Assembly: GCA_030704615.1 (NCBI GenBank) | Contig: CM060731.1 | Coordinates: 14,322,001-14,386,000 of the forward strand | Direction: 5' to 3' | DNA from: Takakia lepidozioides | Taxonomy: Eukaryota; Plantae; Bryophyta | DNA: 64,000 bases | Shown: piece after piece, positions 1 to 13,200 of the stretch | How positions within the stretch are numbered: the stretch's first letter is position 1 | Layout: each line of letters starts with the position of its first letter | Position numbers and translations under genes: made by a program | The notes under the pieces: model-generated | Database searches by the model: none | Told to the model about the DNA's origin: nothing | Seen by the model: the letters and a program-made list of their open reading frames with translations, nothing else

Positions 1-1990
1 GCCAAACGATCAAGAAGACAAATACTTGGTACAACCTAACAAGGGAGGTGTTTCTTGACTACTTGTACGCAGTGAGTTTCTCTACGGACTGCCATTCTTC
101 TTGAATTGTGGATATGTCATGTTTTTGCTTTGGTTTTGTTGTTCACGAGGGTTACATGGGTGTGTCACATCAAGAAATAGCAGAAGCGGGAGAACGAGCC
201 AAGCTGGAGTATTATGCCACTACAGATGGGGATGAGAGAACGGCAAACGGGGTGGAGGCAAAAATGAAGGCGGACATGGATACCTACAGGAAGAACGTGA
301 AGAGCGCGTTCGACAAACACATTCGAATCGCTGACCCCGGATTGGGAAAGGGGTTTCTGGAGCACGTTCGGATCCACTGGGACAAACCCACTAAGCCAGA
401 GATGACACAAAAAAAGCTCCACCGCCTTTCCGTTTCCATGGTTGACCCTGCTCAAAAAGTGAGGTGGAAATCTGGAACTTGGATCCGATCATCCGGGATA
501 CAAACAATTTCCCAAAACCAATGAAGGACGCTGAGACTGGGGTGGTGACACCTGTCAGCGACCGCGCATTTGATACTTGGTTGCACAAAACGACCTTCTG
601 GAGCCAGGTGAGACTGTAAAAACATTCTCACTGTTCCAGCAATGAGTACATGGTTTCTTATGATGAATAACTAAACATTTGGCGAATGGTTGTGCAGCTG
701 GAGAAGCGGGCAATTGATACTTTTGAGAAATCACTGCTGGACTATAAGATCACAATGACCACTCCGAGCATTAAGTTCCAGTCATACGTTCAGAAATGGA
801 GAAGAGAGTTGTGGAAGTATGAATTTTTCCGTGAGTTCGAGAAGGAAAGGAGCATTCTCTGCTTGCAGGACTTCGACCATCAGTATAACGGGGAGCAGGC
901 AATGAAACGAGTTCTGTACAGGTACTGCCTTTTATGGTGATGGTACTCCATTAAGATGTCGTTGACGACATCTTAAAACAAGCATTGTCTATGACGACAT
1001 CTTAAACAAGCATTGTCTATATTGCACATAGCAATTTTTTGGCACTAAACACAAAATTCCATGTATGAAGTGGGTCGATTTAAGGTGGCGTTGACGACAC
1101 CTTAAATCGGTGCCCTTTGGGCTCTTCAAAACTGGGTACACATGTGTTTCTTGTTCGTGTGCAGGTCTTCATTGTTTTGTTGTGCTTCCTGCAATTTAAG
1201 ATGTCATCAACAACATCTTAAAACAGGCATCATTTTCTAGTCCAGCAAGTCATTTTTCTTCAGACACAAAAAAAATACCATGTACGTAGTAGGGGTCGAT
1301 TTAAGATGGCGTTGACGACATCTTAATTGGCTGCTCTTTGGGCTCTCGGAAACAGTTCATGGCGGTTGACGACATCTTATTGGTGGCGGTTGACGACATC
1401 TTATTGGCTGCTTCTTTGGGCTCTCGGAAACAGTTCAGTTGAGCATGTCGGCTTTGTGTGGTTCTGTAGCTCTTCAATTTTTGTTCAAGTTCCCTGGAGT
1501 TTAGATGTCGTCAATGACATGTTAATGTACAGTCTGCAAATCTGCAGTCAACATGTAAGTTCTTGTGGTCTGTGGGAATATCTGCTCTTCAGGAGGAGGT
1601 ACACTTGTGTGGATGCAGGTACTTCACTTCGTTCTCTTCCAGATAAGGCTCTCAGTGAGATCCGGACTTCATTCGTGGATTGGGCGAACCCAGACGACGA
1701 CACCACTAGGTCACTACAGGAATTGTGAAGGAATGGGGTCAGGCTCATTACCGCGACTGGGGTGGTAACTTCGACTGCCCGCGGCAGTCCACTCCATGGG
1801 AGGAGAACGTCTTGAGGAATCAGAATGAGAATGCATATCCTTGGCACTCCGGACAGATGAGGATTTGTATGCTAGGTTCCTTTGCGCAACTGAGTAAGAA
1901 GGAGCCAGCAAAGACGGCCACCCCGCGGGTGGGAGAAGAAAAACAAAGGGAACCAGACTGCGGAGGTAGGTGGGTCTGCCGGTGCCGCGG
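1..1990 (+). pseudogene. ParB-methyltransferase partner gene of copy A, middle exons (frameshifted, truncated)
   Basis: TWYNLTRE, IRIADPGLGKGFLEHVRIHWDKPTKPEMTQKKLHRL, YEFFREF...MKRVLYR|gt and RNQNENA...KEPA align with copy B (21211-21600, 22294-22600) and copy C (34660-35346). Confidence 0.85.
951..1525. repeat. Intronic array of palindromes TTAAGATGTCGT-TG-ACGACATCTTAA (copy A type)
   Basis: Perfect palindrome at 951-976. Variants at ~1077-1108, 1196-1221, 1301-1326 and 1501-1525; half sites at ~992, ~1361 and ~1385. Confidence 0.9.
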
Positions 1991-3313
1991 CTGGCGTTGA
2001 TTCTGGGTTTCACTTGTGAAAGCATTTGCATCCATTCCATTTATTTTCAAACGACTACACACAAGAAAAGAAATGCCACCACATTGCACAACATAATTGG
2101 AGACCTGCATTGGCACCAAATATATGAGGGACATCAGTTCAAGTTTCAACTCTTGTGAAATCCAATAATGGAATTTGCAGATGACAAAGTGAAGAGATGC
2201 TATGTGCTCCTATCCTGTTGCATAAGTTATTCACCTCGTTGAAACTCATGGTGGCCTGGTGAATGAAGATGTCGCATCTAGGATCACAAATCCATTCTGT
2301 TCAAGAAGATAAAATACAGATGCTTGCAGGGTATAAATTTTCCTATCTTTCCCAAACTTGTTTGTAAGCATGCCAACAAAATTATGACAGGTGCAGTTGG
2401 GGAAATTTGAAACTGTGATGTCGTACACCGGTCGTGCATAGCGGATGTGGATAGGTCATCATAGTGTAGATTCATCCATACCCGGGATGTGGAACTTCCG
2501 TAGTGCCTATAAAACGACCTGAAGTCATTCGAGCGGATTCCACCTTGCCGAAATGCTCGGCAGTCGGAGGGAAACAATGAACCAACTTCCCATTTCGTTT
2601 TGTTGGCCATGCATCAGCGTTGTGGGGTGGCACTCCAGAACTTGCTGAATTAGAAGCACTTGCATGTACAGAGGGGGCTCGCTGAAGGGAGAAGCTTGCC
2701 TCCTCCAACATTGGCACTCTCGTGAGTTGTGAGATGTGTCCCCACCTTCACAGGCCAACGCTTGGTGGAGGAGGCTTCATGACAACCGATGGTCAACATC
2801 CCACGCACGCACCTACCACAGTCGTCAGGGCAGAACCAAAATTTGTGGTTCTTTGCCTCGGCTTGCCCGTAAGGCAAGAACAAACCAGTGAAGGTTGGAG
2901 TCGAAGTGCGGACCTTGCCTAGGGATATGGAGGACTTGCATTTCTCACGATTGGTTGCTCTGATTGCCGTGCACTTCACTGAAGACCCAGCAGTGGTGCA
3001 TTCTATGTGCCAGACTTCGTCGGGGCACATGGACTCCACCATAGGGGGGAGCACGTTCGCCTCCTGCCCCATTGCATTCACTGTGGGAGATGGCTGCCTT
3101 TGGCTTTGTGACAAAGGATCGTCCACACTGGATATGCCGGAAACGAACCTCTGATGAAATGGAACACAGCGCATGGAGAAGTTGTCCATGTCCGGCCTGT
3201 GGGAGTCCACATCCGACCCAGGAGGGGTGTTCAATTTCCGTTTACAAGACCCGAATTTCTCCTCACCCTCTAACTTTGGACACCAGTGGAGCTCCTTCCG
3301 CACACATGCTGAC

Positions 3314-4036
3314 TGTCGCGGCCCTTTGCCTTGAGGGCAGGGGGGGTCGAGACACATGAGGGGCTGCCCCTGTGGTGGGCAGCGGCAGCGATAGGATATG
3401 GGGGGGTGCTGAAGCACCCTTGAGTGCCCAAGGCACTCAGGAGGCGGAGGCGCTCACTAGGTGGAGCCCCGCACACCGGGTTGCGGTGGGGTGGCTCCAC
3501 AAGGGGTGGTGGTAGCTTAGCGGACTTAGTGGGGGTGGCATAGGACTCACCATGGGGGCGGAGACCTCGTGGTGGGAGTCGTGGGGAGTCTTGGGACTCA
3601 TCACGGTCCATAGGGGCCGTGGTGAGTGGGCCAAGACTCACCGCGACTCATCACCGGGAGTCGAGGGTTTTCGTGGTGGTTCGCCAAATGGCATGGCTGG
3701 TTGTGAAACCCCCGCGGACAGCTACAGAAGTATATATAGGGAGTAGTACCCCGAGAACGGGCAAGCCCGTTGGTGACCAAAGACTAGTGAGTAAGCGAGC
3801 GAGCCACAAAGCGACCAAAGAGTGGGCAGCTGTTCCAGACTGCCAACTACCAAAGGGAATTCCCGCTGGTTCCAATCGGTGGAGGATTCTTTGGGAGAAC
3901 AAAGGGGGACCGTTATGCCCGGGTGAGCAGCCGAAGCTCCAAGTTGGCCCCGGCGGCCAGGTTGGGGTCAGTCAGCGCGCATCAAAGCGAGTAACTATGA
4001 CTTGAGGGGGAGCTTACCGAAGTGAGGTGCGCGACA
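3314..4036 (+). repeat. 5' LTR
   Basis: Direct repeat of 9489-10235 with 7-bp terminal inverted repeats and a TATATA box at ~3731. Confidence 0.95.
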
Positions 4037-4038
4037 CT

Positions 4039-4050
4039 TGGTATCAGAGC
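4039..4050 (+). promoter_or_regulatory. Primer-binding site for tRNA-iMet
   Basis: TGGTATCAGAGC 2 bp after the 5' LTR; this is the canonical plant iMet PBS. Confidence 0.93.
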
Positions 4051-4089
4051 AGAGTTCAATACGCGATCGTCCTTGGGATTGGCCTCATC

Positions 4090-7000
4090 ATGGGTCGGGC
4101 AAGCCGAAGCGAAAGCGGAACGGCCCAAAAGATGATGATCCTGGTGAGCCCGATGGGGGCGACGTGTCACCGAGGCGGCCGTTTGAGGAAACGATCCATG
4201 TTTCCGATAACGAGGCCGCTCAAGAGCGGGAGGAATCCGAGGAGTCGGAGCCCGAGGAATCCTTGAGAGCTCCGACAAACCAAGAGATGCCTCCCATGCC
4301 GGCAGCCTTTTGGGAAGGGTTGTTGGCGCAGTTTGGCGGGACGTTGAAAGACGTGTTGAAGGCGGCTAATGCCACTTCCACTAAGGCAAAGTTTAAGGTG
4401 AAGCCTAAGGAACCCGGCACCTTCGAGGGCATCCGAAATCGGAAGGCACTCAACACCTGCTCCTGGAGCTAGAGCAGTACTTCCGGGGCCAAGTTGAGTG
4501 ACGAGGATCGGGTGGAAGTGGCTCCCACCTATTGAGGGGCTATGCTCAACAATGGTGGCAGAAATGCCTTCACGACCGAGGTCCAAGCCCGGAAACCTTG
4601 AACTGGAGTGGGTTCAAGGAATTGATGAAGAGACAGTTTGTGCCCTCAACGCGTCCTGGCTTGCCCGGGACAAGATGAGGAATTTGAAGCAAATAGATGA
4701 CATTCGGGGGTATGTCCAGGCTTTCAATGTGGTGTTGCTCGAAGTCGCGGACATGGCAGAACCAGAAATGGTCTTCAACTTTGTGGCGGGACTGGCCCAT
4801 GGGCAAGGGCGAAGTTGGAGGAGAAGCCACCCAAAACTTTGAACGAGCAATTGAGAGGGCTGAATGTTTCTCGGATGTCCCTAAGGGTGAGAGACAAGGC
4901 CGTACGGAGCTGAACCACAAGAAGACCCGGCGGGAAGGTGAGACTCCTTCCGACCGGAAAAGAAGTGGGATAGGCCACGCGGCGACAATGGCACGTGGAA
5001 ATCGAAGGGAGGGGCCTTCACACGTCAAGGCGGCACCCGGTGCTTCGAAAGGAAAAGCAGGTGGAGCGGCTTATGGCGGACAGAAGGCGACCTTTGATGG
5101 AGTGTGTTTCAATTGCGGGGAGCCCGGGCACATGGCCAAGAAGTGCATAATATCCGAACTAACGTGTCGTGTTGGTGGACACAGGAGGTCGCACTATAAT
5201 ATCCGAACTAACGTGTCGTTTTGGTGGACACAGGAGGTCGCACTCCTTCATGACGCAGGGCCGGCAGAAGGCGCGAAAGTTGGGACTCCGAACAAGTGAC
5301 ATAGGGGGCCTCTATGAGGGGCGTTCTGCCAAAGGAGAACCACAGTTTGGAGACCAAGGTTAGCGTTTGATGTTCCTCCTTCAACTGGGGAGTTGGGGGA
5401 CGTGAAAACTCACCATCTGGCGAGATTGATGGAGTGGAGATCTCATTTTGGGGATGACCTTTTGAAGAAATCCGGAGCGGGGCGGGCGGGGGTTTGGGTG
5501 GGGGAGGGGGGCAAATCGGGGGGGGGACGGGGGGGGGGGGGGGGGGTCATAGATGGCCGCAGAGAGTAGCACTCTGCCATGTGGGAATGGTGGCGAGGTC
5601 TTAAGGGGTTGTCGGGAAACGCCCAAATCGGTGGGAGGTGGCGAATAAACCTTATGTCAGAAGGGAGTGGTCCGTGGAGGAGGCACACGAGCCCCAGTTT
5701 TTGCTCTACATTAGAGAAGTGAAGGGAGAAGGCGAGGGGAGCGAGCCCAGATTGGATCAAGGGATTTTGGAGGAAATACCAGGATGTGATGCCGGAGGAT
5801 TTGACCAAGCGCTTGCCACCACGAAGAGGAGTTGACCACAAGATGAGGTGATACCGGGATCGGAAAACCGCCTGCCAAGGCACCCTACCGGTTGAGCCAC
5901 AGGGAGTTGGTCGAGCTGAAGACTCAGCTCAAGGATCTAATGTCAAAAGGGTATATCGGCCGAGTAAGTCACCTTACGGAGCCCCGGTGCTATTCGCAGA
6001 CAAGAGGATGGGACGCTGCGGATGTGTGTCGATTACAGGGCTTGAATAAGGTGACTATTAAAAACCGGTACCCTTTGCCAAGGATCGACGACCTCTTTCG
6101 ATCGGTTGCAGGAGCGAAGTATTTCAGCCGGATCGACTTGCGCTCCGGCTATCATCAAATTCGGGTGGCGGAAGGAGATGAGGAGAAAGACCGCGTGCAG
6201 GACAAGGTATGGTTCATATGAGTTCTTGGTGATGCCTTTTGGGCTCACCAATGCACCTGCAACCTTTAGAACGCTGATGAACAGCCTTTTTCAGGATGGA
6301 GTGGTGGGACGACTTTGTGATCGTGTACATCGACGACATCTTGGTGTACTCGAAAACCAAAGGAGGAGCACCTGGAGCACCTCAAAGGGTGTTCCAAAAG
6401 TTGCAGGAAGGGAAGCTGTATGCAAAGCTTCAAAGTGCGAATTGGGGTCACAAAAGTGGCGTTCCTGGGGCATGTGATTTACACAGGATGGGGTCAAAAT
6501 GGATGACAGAAAGGTGAGGGCAATCTTGGACTGGGAGCTCCGACTTCGGTTCCGGGGAGTGCGATCCTTCCTAGGACTCGCCTCCTATTACCGGAAGTAT
6601 GTGAGAAATTTCGCCAAGATCGCGCGGGGGCCGTTGTCGGACCTTCTGTGTAAATCCAAAGTCTGGGCATGGAACACTTTTGTGGCAAAGCTTTGGCTGA
6701 ATTGAAGCAGCGGATGCGGAAGCTCCAGTCTTGAAAATCCCGGAGTTCGATCGTCCATTTGAGATTCATACAGATGCGTCGGACTTCGCGATTGGGGGTT
6801 GTACTGTATGCAAGATGGACGTCCAGTGGCTTACGAAAGTAAGAAAGAAACTGAATGAAGTGGAGCGGGTGGCCGACACACGAGAAAGAGATGAAGGCGG
6901 TGGTGCATTGCCTTGAGCTTTGGCGCCACTATGTGGTTCCAACCCAGTGAAGGTGTTCACGGACAATGTCAACGTGAAGTATTTTGCCACGCAGCCCAAG

Positions 7001-8586
7001 TTGTCCCCAAAACAACTTAGGTGGCAAGATACTTTGGCGGTGTTCGACGTGGATATCCAGTATAAACCGGGACGGGACAATGTGGTGGCCGATGCTTTAA
7101 GTAGAAAGCAGCAGCTTTGTTGGTGTATAGGGGCGAGACGGCGCTCCAAAGGAAGATCGGAAGGCTTGCCAGAAGGATGAGCTGTGGCAAAGTCGTGATG
7201 CAAGACTGAGATGGGATTAAATCGCAGTTCCATTTGCAAAATAGACTGCTCCGGTATAAGCAAAAGCGCCTCTACGTGCTGAAGGGAGGGATCAGAGATA
7301 GTCTCTTGAGAGAATGCCATGATGGCCCGCTTGCGAGCCACGGCGGAGCCAAGCGCACTGCGGCACTCTTGAAGAAAGAGTATTTCTGGCCCAAACTGAG
7401 GGAGGAGGCAGAGGAGTATGTCAAGACATGCACCACATGCCAACAAAACCGGAGCGAGTACAAAAGCAAGCGGGGCTATTATTACAACCCTTGCGATTCC
7501 AGAGGGGACTTGGGAAAGCGTCTCGATGGATTTCATGACTGCTATGCCACTGTCAAAAAGATTGATGCAATCATGGTGGTGGTGGATAGGTTCAGTAAAA
7601 TGGGCCATTTCATCCCCACCAAGGAGACGGCGCAAAGCGCAGGAGACAGGGCGACTTTCTTCGCACGTCTAAAGCATCATGGAGTCCCGAAAGGATATTG
7701 TCTCAGACCGCGATCCAAAGTTTACGAGTAAATTTTGGAGGACACTTTGGAAGAAGATGGGGACGAGGCTGAAGATGAGCACCGCCTTCCGACTACGACC
7801 GACGGCCAAACAGAAAGAGTGAATTCCGTAGTGAAGCAGATCTTGCGGAATTACGTGTCGGCAGACCAAACAGACTGGGTGGAACACTTAGACGCGGCAG
7901 AGTTCTGTTATAATAACACAGAACACTCCGCAACGGGAGTTTCCCCTTTCGTATTGGTCTATGGAAAAGCACATCTGGTGCCGACAAGTTGGACCGCCCA
8001 GACGTTGAGAACCGGCAGTAGCGGCAGTACTGGAAGAACGCAAGCGTTTGTTGAAGCTCGCAAAGTACAACATTGCCAAAGCTAGGAAACGGTATGAAAG
8101 GCAGGCGAATCGGAAGCGGAGGGAAGTGAAGTTTGAGGCAGGCACGGAGGTCTAGTTGAACATCAAGAATTTCCGACTACCTCCGGAAGTGAGTCCGAAG
8201 TTCGTACCTCCGTATGCGGGACCCTTTCGCATTCGGAAGGTTATGAATGAGGATGTGTATGAATTGGAGCTGCCGGCAAACAGCAAGGTGCACCCAGTAT
8301 TCCATGTCTCCCTTTTGAAGCCTTACTTCAAAGATGAAGCGCGTCGAATCGGCATCAAGTGTTGCGTCCGCCACCTATGCTGTTGGATCATGAAAATGAA
8401 CCTGAGTACGAGGTGGAGGCAATACTTAAGTCGAGGAGGTTCAGGAACCGAGAAACGGAGTATCTCGTCAATGGAAGGGCTATCATCATGTGGAGGCATC
8501 TTGGGTGCGTGCCTCGGAAATGGGAAACGCATCCAGAGGCGGTCGCAGCTTTCGAAGGGCGACCTCAAAAGTGGAAGAAGCGTTGA
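4090..8586 (+). pseudogene. gag-pol polyprotein with chromodomain
   Basis: Zn knuckle CFNCGEPGHMAKKC; protease LVDTG; [23 protein letters not shown] and YIDDILVYS; RNaseH TDASDFAIG and NVVADALSR; integrase HHCC, VVVDRFSK and TDGQTERVN; chromodomain EYEVEAILKSR. Many frameshifts. Confidence 0.95.
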
Positions 8587-9488
8587 TGGGGACATCAACC
8601 TTGGAGCGTGGGGGAGGAAATGCATGCTTAGCCCGGCTTAGCTAGCTTAGGAATCCGATTGCAAAAACTTGTATTGTACAAAAACGTGCTATAAATGAAA
8701 TGGATTCCAAATGTTGTGCGTCCTATTTTGTTTGGAATGGTGATGCATGGTGGTGGCTAGTGTGTAGAATGCATGCTAGCTTATAAAAGTGGGAGAGGTA
8801 AATTGGGTTAATCGTGTGTTTGCGTAGTGCCGAAATCGGGTGACCCCCATCGAGGGGCAAAGAAACTTGCGCCTTCTTTGGGAGTTCACGTGCTAGTGCG
8901 CACCTGGCGCGTGCGCGTACTATAACTGCGCTACCGAGGGGGTTGCCTTGTAGTGCGGGCTAACGCGGGAAGCCACATGCTCCGTTCACGTACTATAATC
9001 GTGTAGCCTCGGGACGAAGTCGTAGTGCGGCTTCGGCGTGTTCCCGTACCTCAGGCCAGCATTCCAAGGCGGACCCAATTGTAGTGATTGGGGCGCACGG
9101 TTGGTTCAAGGTATTCCTAGTCAAAGAGGGTTCCATGTGAACCCTTGCTCAAGGTGATGCCAAAGCGGCATCATGAGCGGTCGCAAGCAATATTGTTGCA
9201 GTAGTAAGGCGATTCGATCCTCGGGGAGGATCGTTCCTTGGCCTTGAAGTAGGCCAAGAAGAGTGCACTGGGAGGAGCTGGAGAGGCTCCACCCTTGGCC
9301 GGGACTTGGAAGAAGTCGGCCGAACTAGCTAGTGGGAGAGTAGAGTCAAGTGTGGGGTTTGGTTCTTTGCCATGGGACGCCATGGTGCGGAAACAAACTC
9401 CTTGATGTGGGACGCCACAACTTGGATGTTCGTTTCTACAAAATGGACAAGTCGATGAGGATTTCGACTCCCTGTTGGTAGGGGTGTG

Positions 9489-10235
9489 TGTCGCGGCCCT
9501 TTGCCTTGAGGGCAGGGGGGGGTCGGGACACATGAGGGGCTGCCCCTGTGGTGGGGGCAGCGGCAGCGATAGGTATGGGGGGGGCTGAAGCACCCTTGAG
9601 TGCCCAAGGCACTCAAGGAGGCGGAGGCGCTCACTAGGTGGAGCCCCGCACACCGGGTTGCGGTGGGGGTGGCTCCACAAGGGGTGGTGGTAGCTTAGCG
9701 AGACTTAGTGGGGATGACATAGGACTCACCATGGAGGCGGAGACCTTGTGGTGGGAGTCGTGGGGAGTCTTGGGACTCATCACGGTCCATAGGGGCCGTG
9801 GTGAGTGGGCCAAGACTCACCGCGACTCATCACCGGGAGTCGAGGGTTTTCGTGGTGATTCGCCATAAAATGGCATGGCTGGTTGTGAAACCCCCGTGGA
9901 CAGCTACAGAAGTATATATAGGGAGTAGTAACCCCAAGAACGGTGCAAGCCCGTTGGGACCAAAGACTAGTGAGTAAGCGAGCGAGCCAGTAAGCGAGCG
10001 AGCCGGAAAACGACCAAAGAGTGGGAAGCTGTTCCGGACTGCCAACTACCAAAGGGAATTCCTGCTGGTTCCAAATCGGTGGAGGGTTCTTTGGGAGAAC
10101 AAAGGGGGACCGTTATGCCCCGGTGAGCAGCGGAAGCTCCAAGTTGGCCCGGCGGCCAGGTTGGGAGTCAGGCGCGCGCATCAAAGCGAGTAACTATGAC
10201 TTGAGGGGGAGCTTACCGAAGTGAGGTGCGCGACA
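9489..10235 (+). repeat. 3' LTR
   Basis: Direct repeat of 3314-4036, followed by TSD CTGAC. Confidence 0.95.
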
Positions 10236-13200
10236 CTGACAGCCCTGGCAATCTTGTTCGGATCCCCTGATCTTTTGCTGCTCGCAACATACTCAGACTT
10301 GTCTGGACCCTTGCCACCAACGCCACCCGCAAGAAACTCCCGATATCTCGTCTGTTGTAGTAGAGCTTGAATCAAATAATCTACCGTCGCCACATACAAA
10401 TCCCGACCCCGCTTTCCAGATTGCTGCAACCATACATTATACACTGTCTCCGCCAGATTGCAAGAGGGCATGTCCGCCATCTCCTCAATTGAGAAGTGCT
10501 GCAAAATGGAAAAACATATATCAGAAAGAGGACAGGCACACCCCAACACAACAGACATGATTGGAAATGGATACAAACTCAATGACATTTGCAAGTGCAC
10601 GCACCATTGACATGCATGCTCCCCATTGTCTGTACCAAAAGTGCCAAAATGCCAGCCAGTCTTCTAGCGCTCTCATACTGTCTTCTGATGCAGCCCCAAA
10701 TGAGAACCATCATGCACGAATTGTCTAGAACAATGTATTCGCCTCTGCCATGCTTTTGGCATCTTTGTACTGTTTGCATAGCCTAAGATAAACAGGCTGC
10801 ATTTCCGGTTTGATGTCTGTCTTTGTATGTTTCTCAAGGGACTGGGTCCAATGGAAAAGACATGTTCGCTCTCTTCCTGGCATTGGCACCTTTGGATCTC
10901 CTGATCCAAACACAATGCGAACAGCATTGAAATTCGCTTGAGCACTGTCGGCCATAAATCCGGCGAAATTTGGAGATGGGACACCTTGGGAGGCCATAAC
11001 GCGAATGAGACTTCTCCACGTTAGCTGCTGCGAATCCGCATCCTCTGATAACATGTCACACACTGCAATTGTCATGACTCGCTAGTAGAAAGAATCGTAA
11101 ACATGACACGCCATTGTAGTCCAGTCTTTCACTCGTTTGATGTGATCAAACATAAGGAAACAGTTCTGAAGATCGCCACCCTTCTGCATGCGCTTCACAA
11201 GACTGACTCCGCTGCCCTCCCGGCTGTGGACATTTTGAAAAGGTAGACTTTGTTCGACCCTTGACCTGGGAACACACTCTCTTGAATCTAGTCATACCTG
11301 CTCCGTCGCTTCAACTCAAAAATGTTATCAACGTACCCTCTATTAGCAGAGCCCATCCTCAATGCATTCACCTGGTTTTTAATGTTCGGCAAGCTCAAGG
11401 TAGAGAAATGATCCATAACATTGTCCAGGGCTGCCCCGTCGAGTTTCCTGCCCACAGAATCTCCTTCACTAAGAATATGGGTTTCCAGGAAAGTCTTGCT
11501 TGCTCCAAGAACAATTGTGGAGGTGGTGGCTGTTGGATTGCTCTCATACTCTTGTCTTATCAACCTGGATACTGTTTCAACACTTTCCTTGTAATCCCCC
11601 TTCGACACTGGATGGTTGTGGAACCCGAAATGCACACCAGCTCTAGTCAAGTTGGAAAAATGTGTGCACCACATAGTAACATTCTTGCTCCACACACTGC
11701 CACACAGGAAGGCGCTCGTTTGCAGAACTTGCAAACAAAAGTGTTGGAGCTTGGAGGTGCTTCACCAGGCTTGAAAGGATTCTCAACGACACCCTCCCAC
11801 TCGCTTTGGTTCTGAACCTCTGACCGCAGGAAATGTCTGCAACTCAAATGCTTGCACCTCAGGTGCCCATTGCACACCGCTCTCCTGAACACGAGCTTGT
11901 CATCAATTTAAATATTGGATGACTTTGTTCAACACCATGGGTGTCCATCGTGTCTCTTGTCCATTCCGTGCATGAGGCTTGAAACAGGTCCACCCCGCCC
12001 AGGTGGCGACATCCCCATCAAAAGACCCCGGAAGGTACTGCACACGCTCAACAGGGACAGTGTCCCAATCAATCCCCCACAATTCACTCTTGAAACCGGG
12101 CATTCCTCTGATTGACTTCAGTTTAGGAATGACACTACACAGGTCCTTCAATTCCGGCACCACGACCACCGGAGAAAGGAATTTTTGGAACGTCCTCCTC
12201 CGAGGAGTCGGAGAGCTCAACAATTTGTCTAGAAGTTGTGGGCTCCGTCTTCACGGCCACATTCCTCTTGTCTTGAACAACAGAAGCAGCAGTTCCCGGC
12301 GTCACATACGAACCAATCAACTACCGGTGAGGAGCTCCAAGGACCCTGTATCTTCCTAGAGGAACTCTCCACTGACTCACAAGTGCGTTTTCATCCGGTT
12401 TCTAGAAAGCATACTTCATCAACTTCCCATCGACACCTTAAACCTCTCTTTCGAGCCACATAGTACCATACTGGAACTCGAAACGCGTTGCTAGGAGATG
12501 TTCTTCCGCAATTGCAAAACCATTGTCATTGGTCTCCTTCGAGAAAGGTACTGGTTTCTCCACAGAGTAAAACTCCGCTTCGGAGGAAGCCATGTTGCTG
12601 CAAGAGAAATTCCCTCGCAGAAGTACGGAAGCCACAAGGTGCGGAAGCCACAACTTCTGTGTGGATTCTTGCTACAAACGATAGTGGGGATTACATTTCT
12701 CATCCTTTGCGTTTCAGACCGAAACCTAGAAGTCCGTCACCTTTACTAACGAGGTCGGAAAAGAACAACACGTCATGTATGTCCCAAACCGTTCTGAAAA
12801 GGTCAGCCAAGACCTATTTTAAAAGCTGACATACCTTTCAGAAACAGTTGTCAAAACAGTTCATAAAACAGTTGGTAAGCAGTTATGTGCCTTTACCGAC
12901 CCATTTGAAATGACGGCGGAGACCGGCATCCCATGCCATCCCAATGTGTTCAGCCACGTGGAACCCGACAATGCATTGAGTGTAGGGTTTAAGAGGAATC
13001 GGCGGCGAACGAATGGAAGATGTTGAACGGGGAGAATCCAAAAATTCTATTGAAATAAGTCATCCATCCGTATCAAATCCATGCGATGGCCATACCTCCA
13101 TAATGAAAGACGTCGGCCACTGCAGAATGGACGAGTGTGCTATTAGGAGGGGGACATGTATGCAGTGAATATATGCATAACCGCCGAGAGCGATGCCCCG

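Larger units (their letters stand above)
3314..10235 (+). mobile_element. Ty3/Gypsy chromovirus LTR retrotransposon, full-length but frameshifted
   Basis: LTRs TGTCGCG...CGCGACA at 3314-4036 and 9489-10235; 5-bp TSD CTGAC (3309-3313, 10236-10240); PBS; purine-rich tract before the 3' LTR; domain order gag-PR-RT-RH-IN-chromo. Confidence 0.97.
2195..12593 (-). pseudogene. MULE-type DDE transposase with GCM-like N-terminal Zn domain and C-terminal SWIM finger (copy B), split by an LTR retrotransposon
   Basis: MASSEAEFYS start; CNGHLRC...CKFCK...HFGFHNHP; FMADSAQANFNAV...RTCLFHW; NLAETVYN (candidate catalytic E); SWIM CTC...CKHLYF. The reading frame rejoins across the LTR element (KIARAVS|MCAEGAPLVSK). 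Several frameshifts and stops. Confidence 0.9.

Noticed and set aside
5478-5547. Poly-G tract as a functional G-quadruplex or Pro-rich ORF
   Set aside because: It interrupts the protease-RT region and looks like low-quality consensus; cannot be supported without reads.
6766-7635. 289-aa minus-strand ORF and similar antisense ORFs (38443-39054, 39882-40550, 53687-54130)
   Set aside because: They are shadows of real coding sequence on the opposite strand, with no recognisable motifs.
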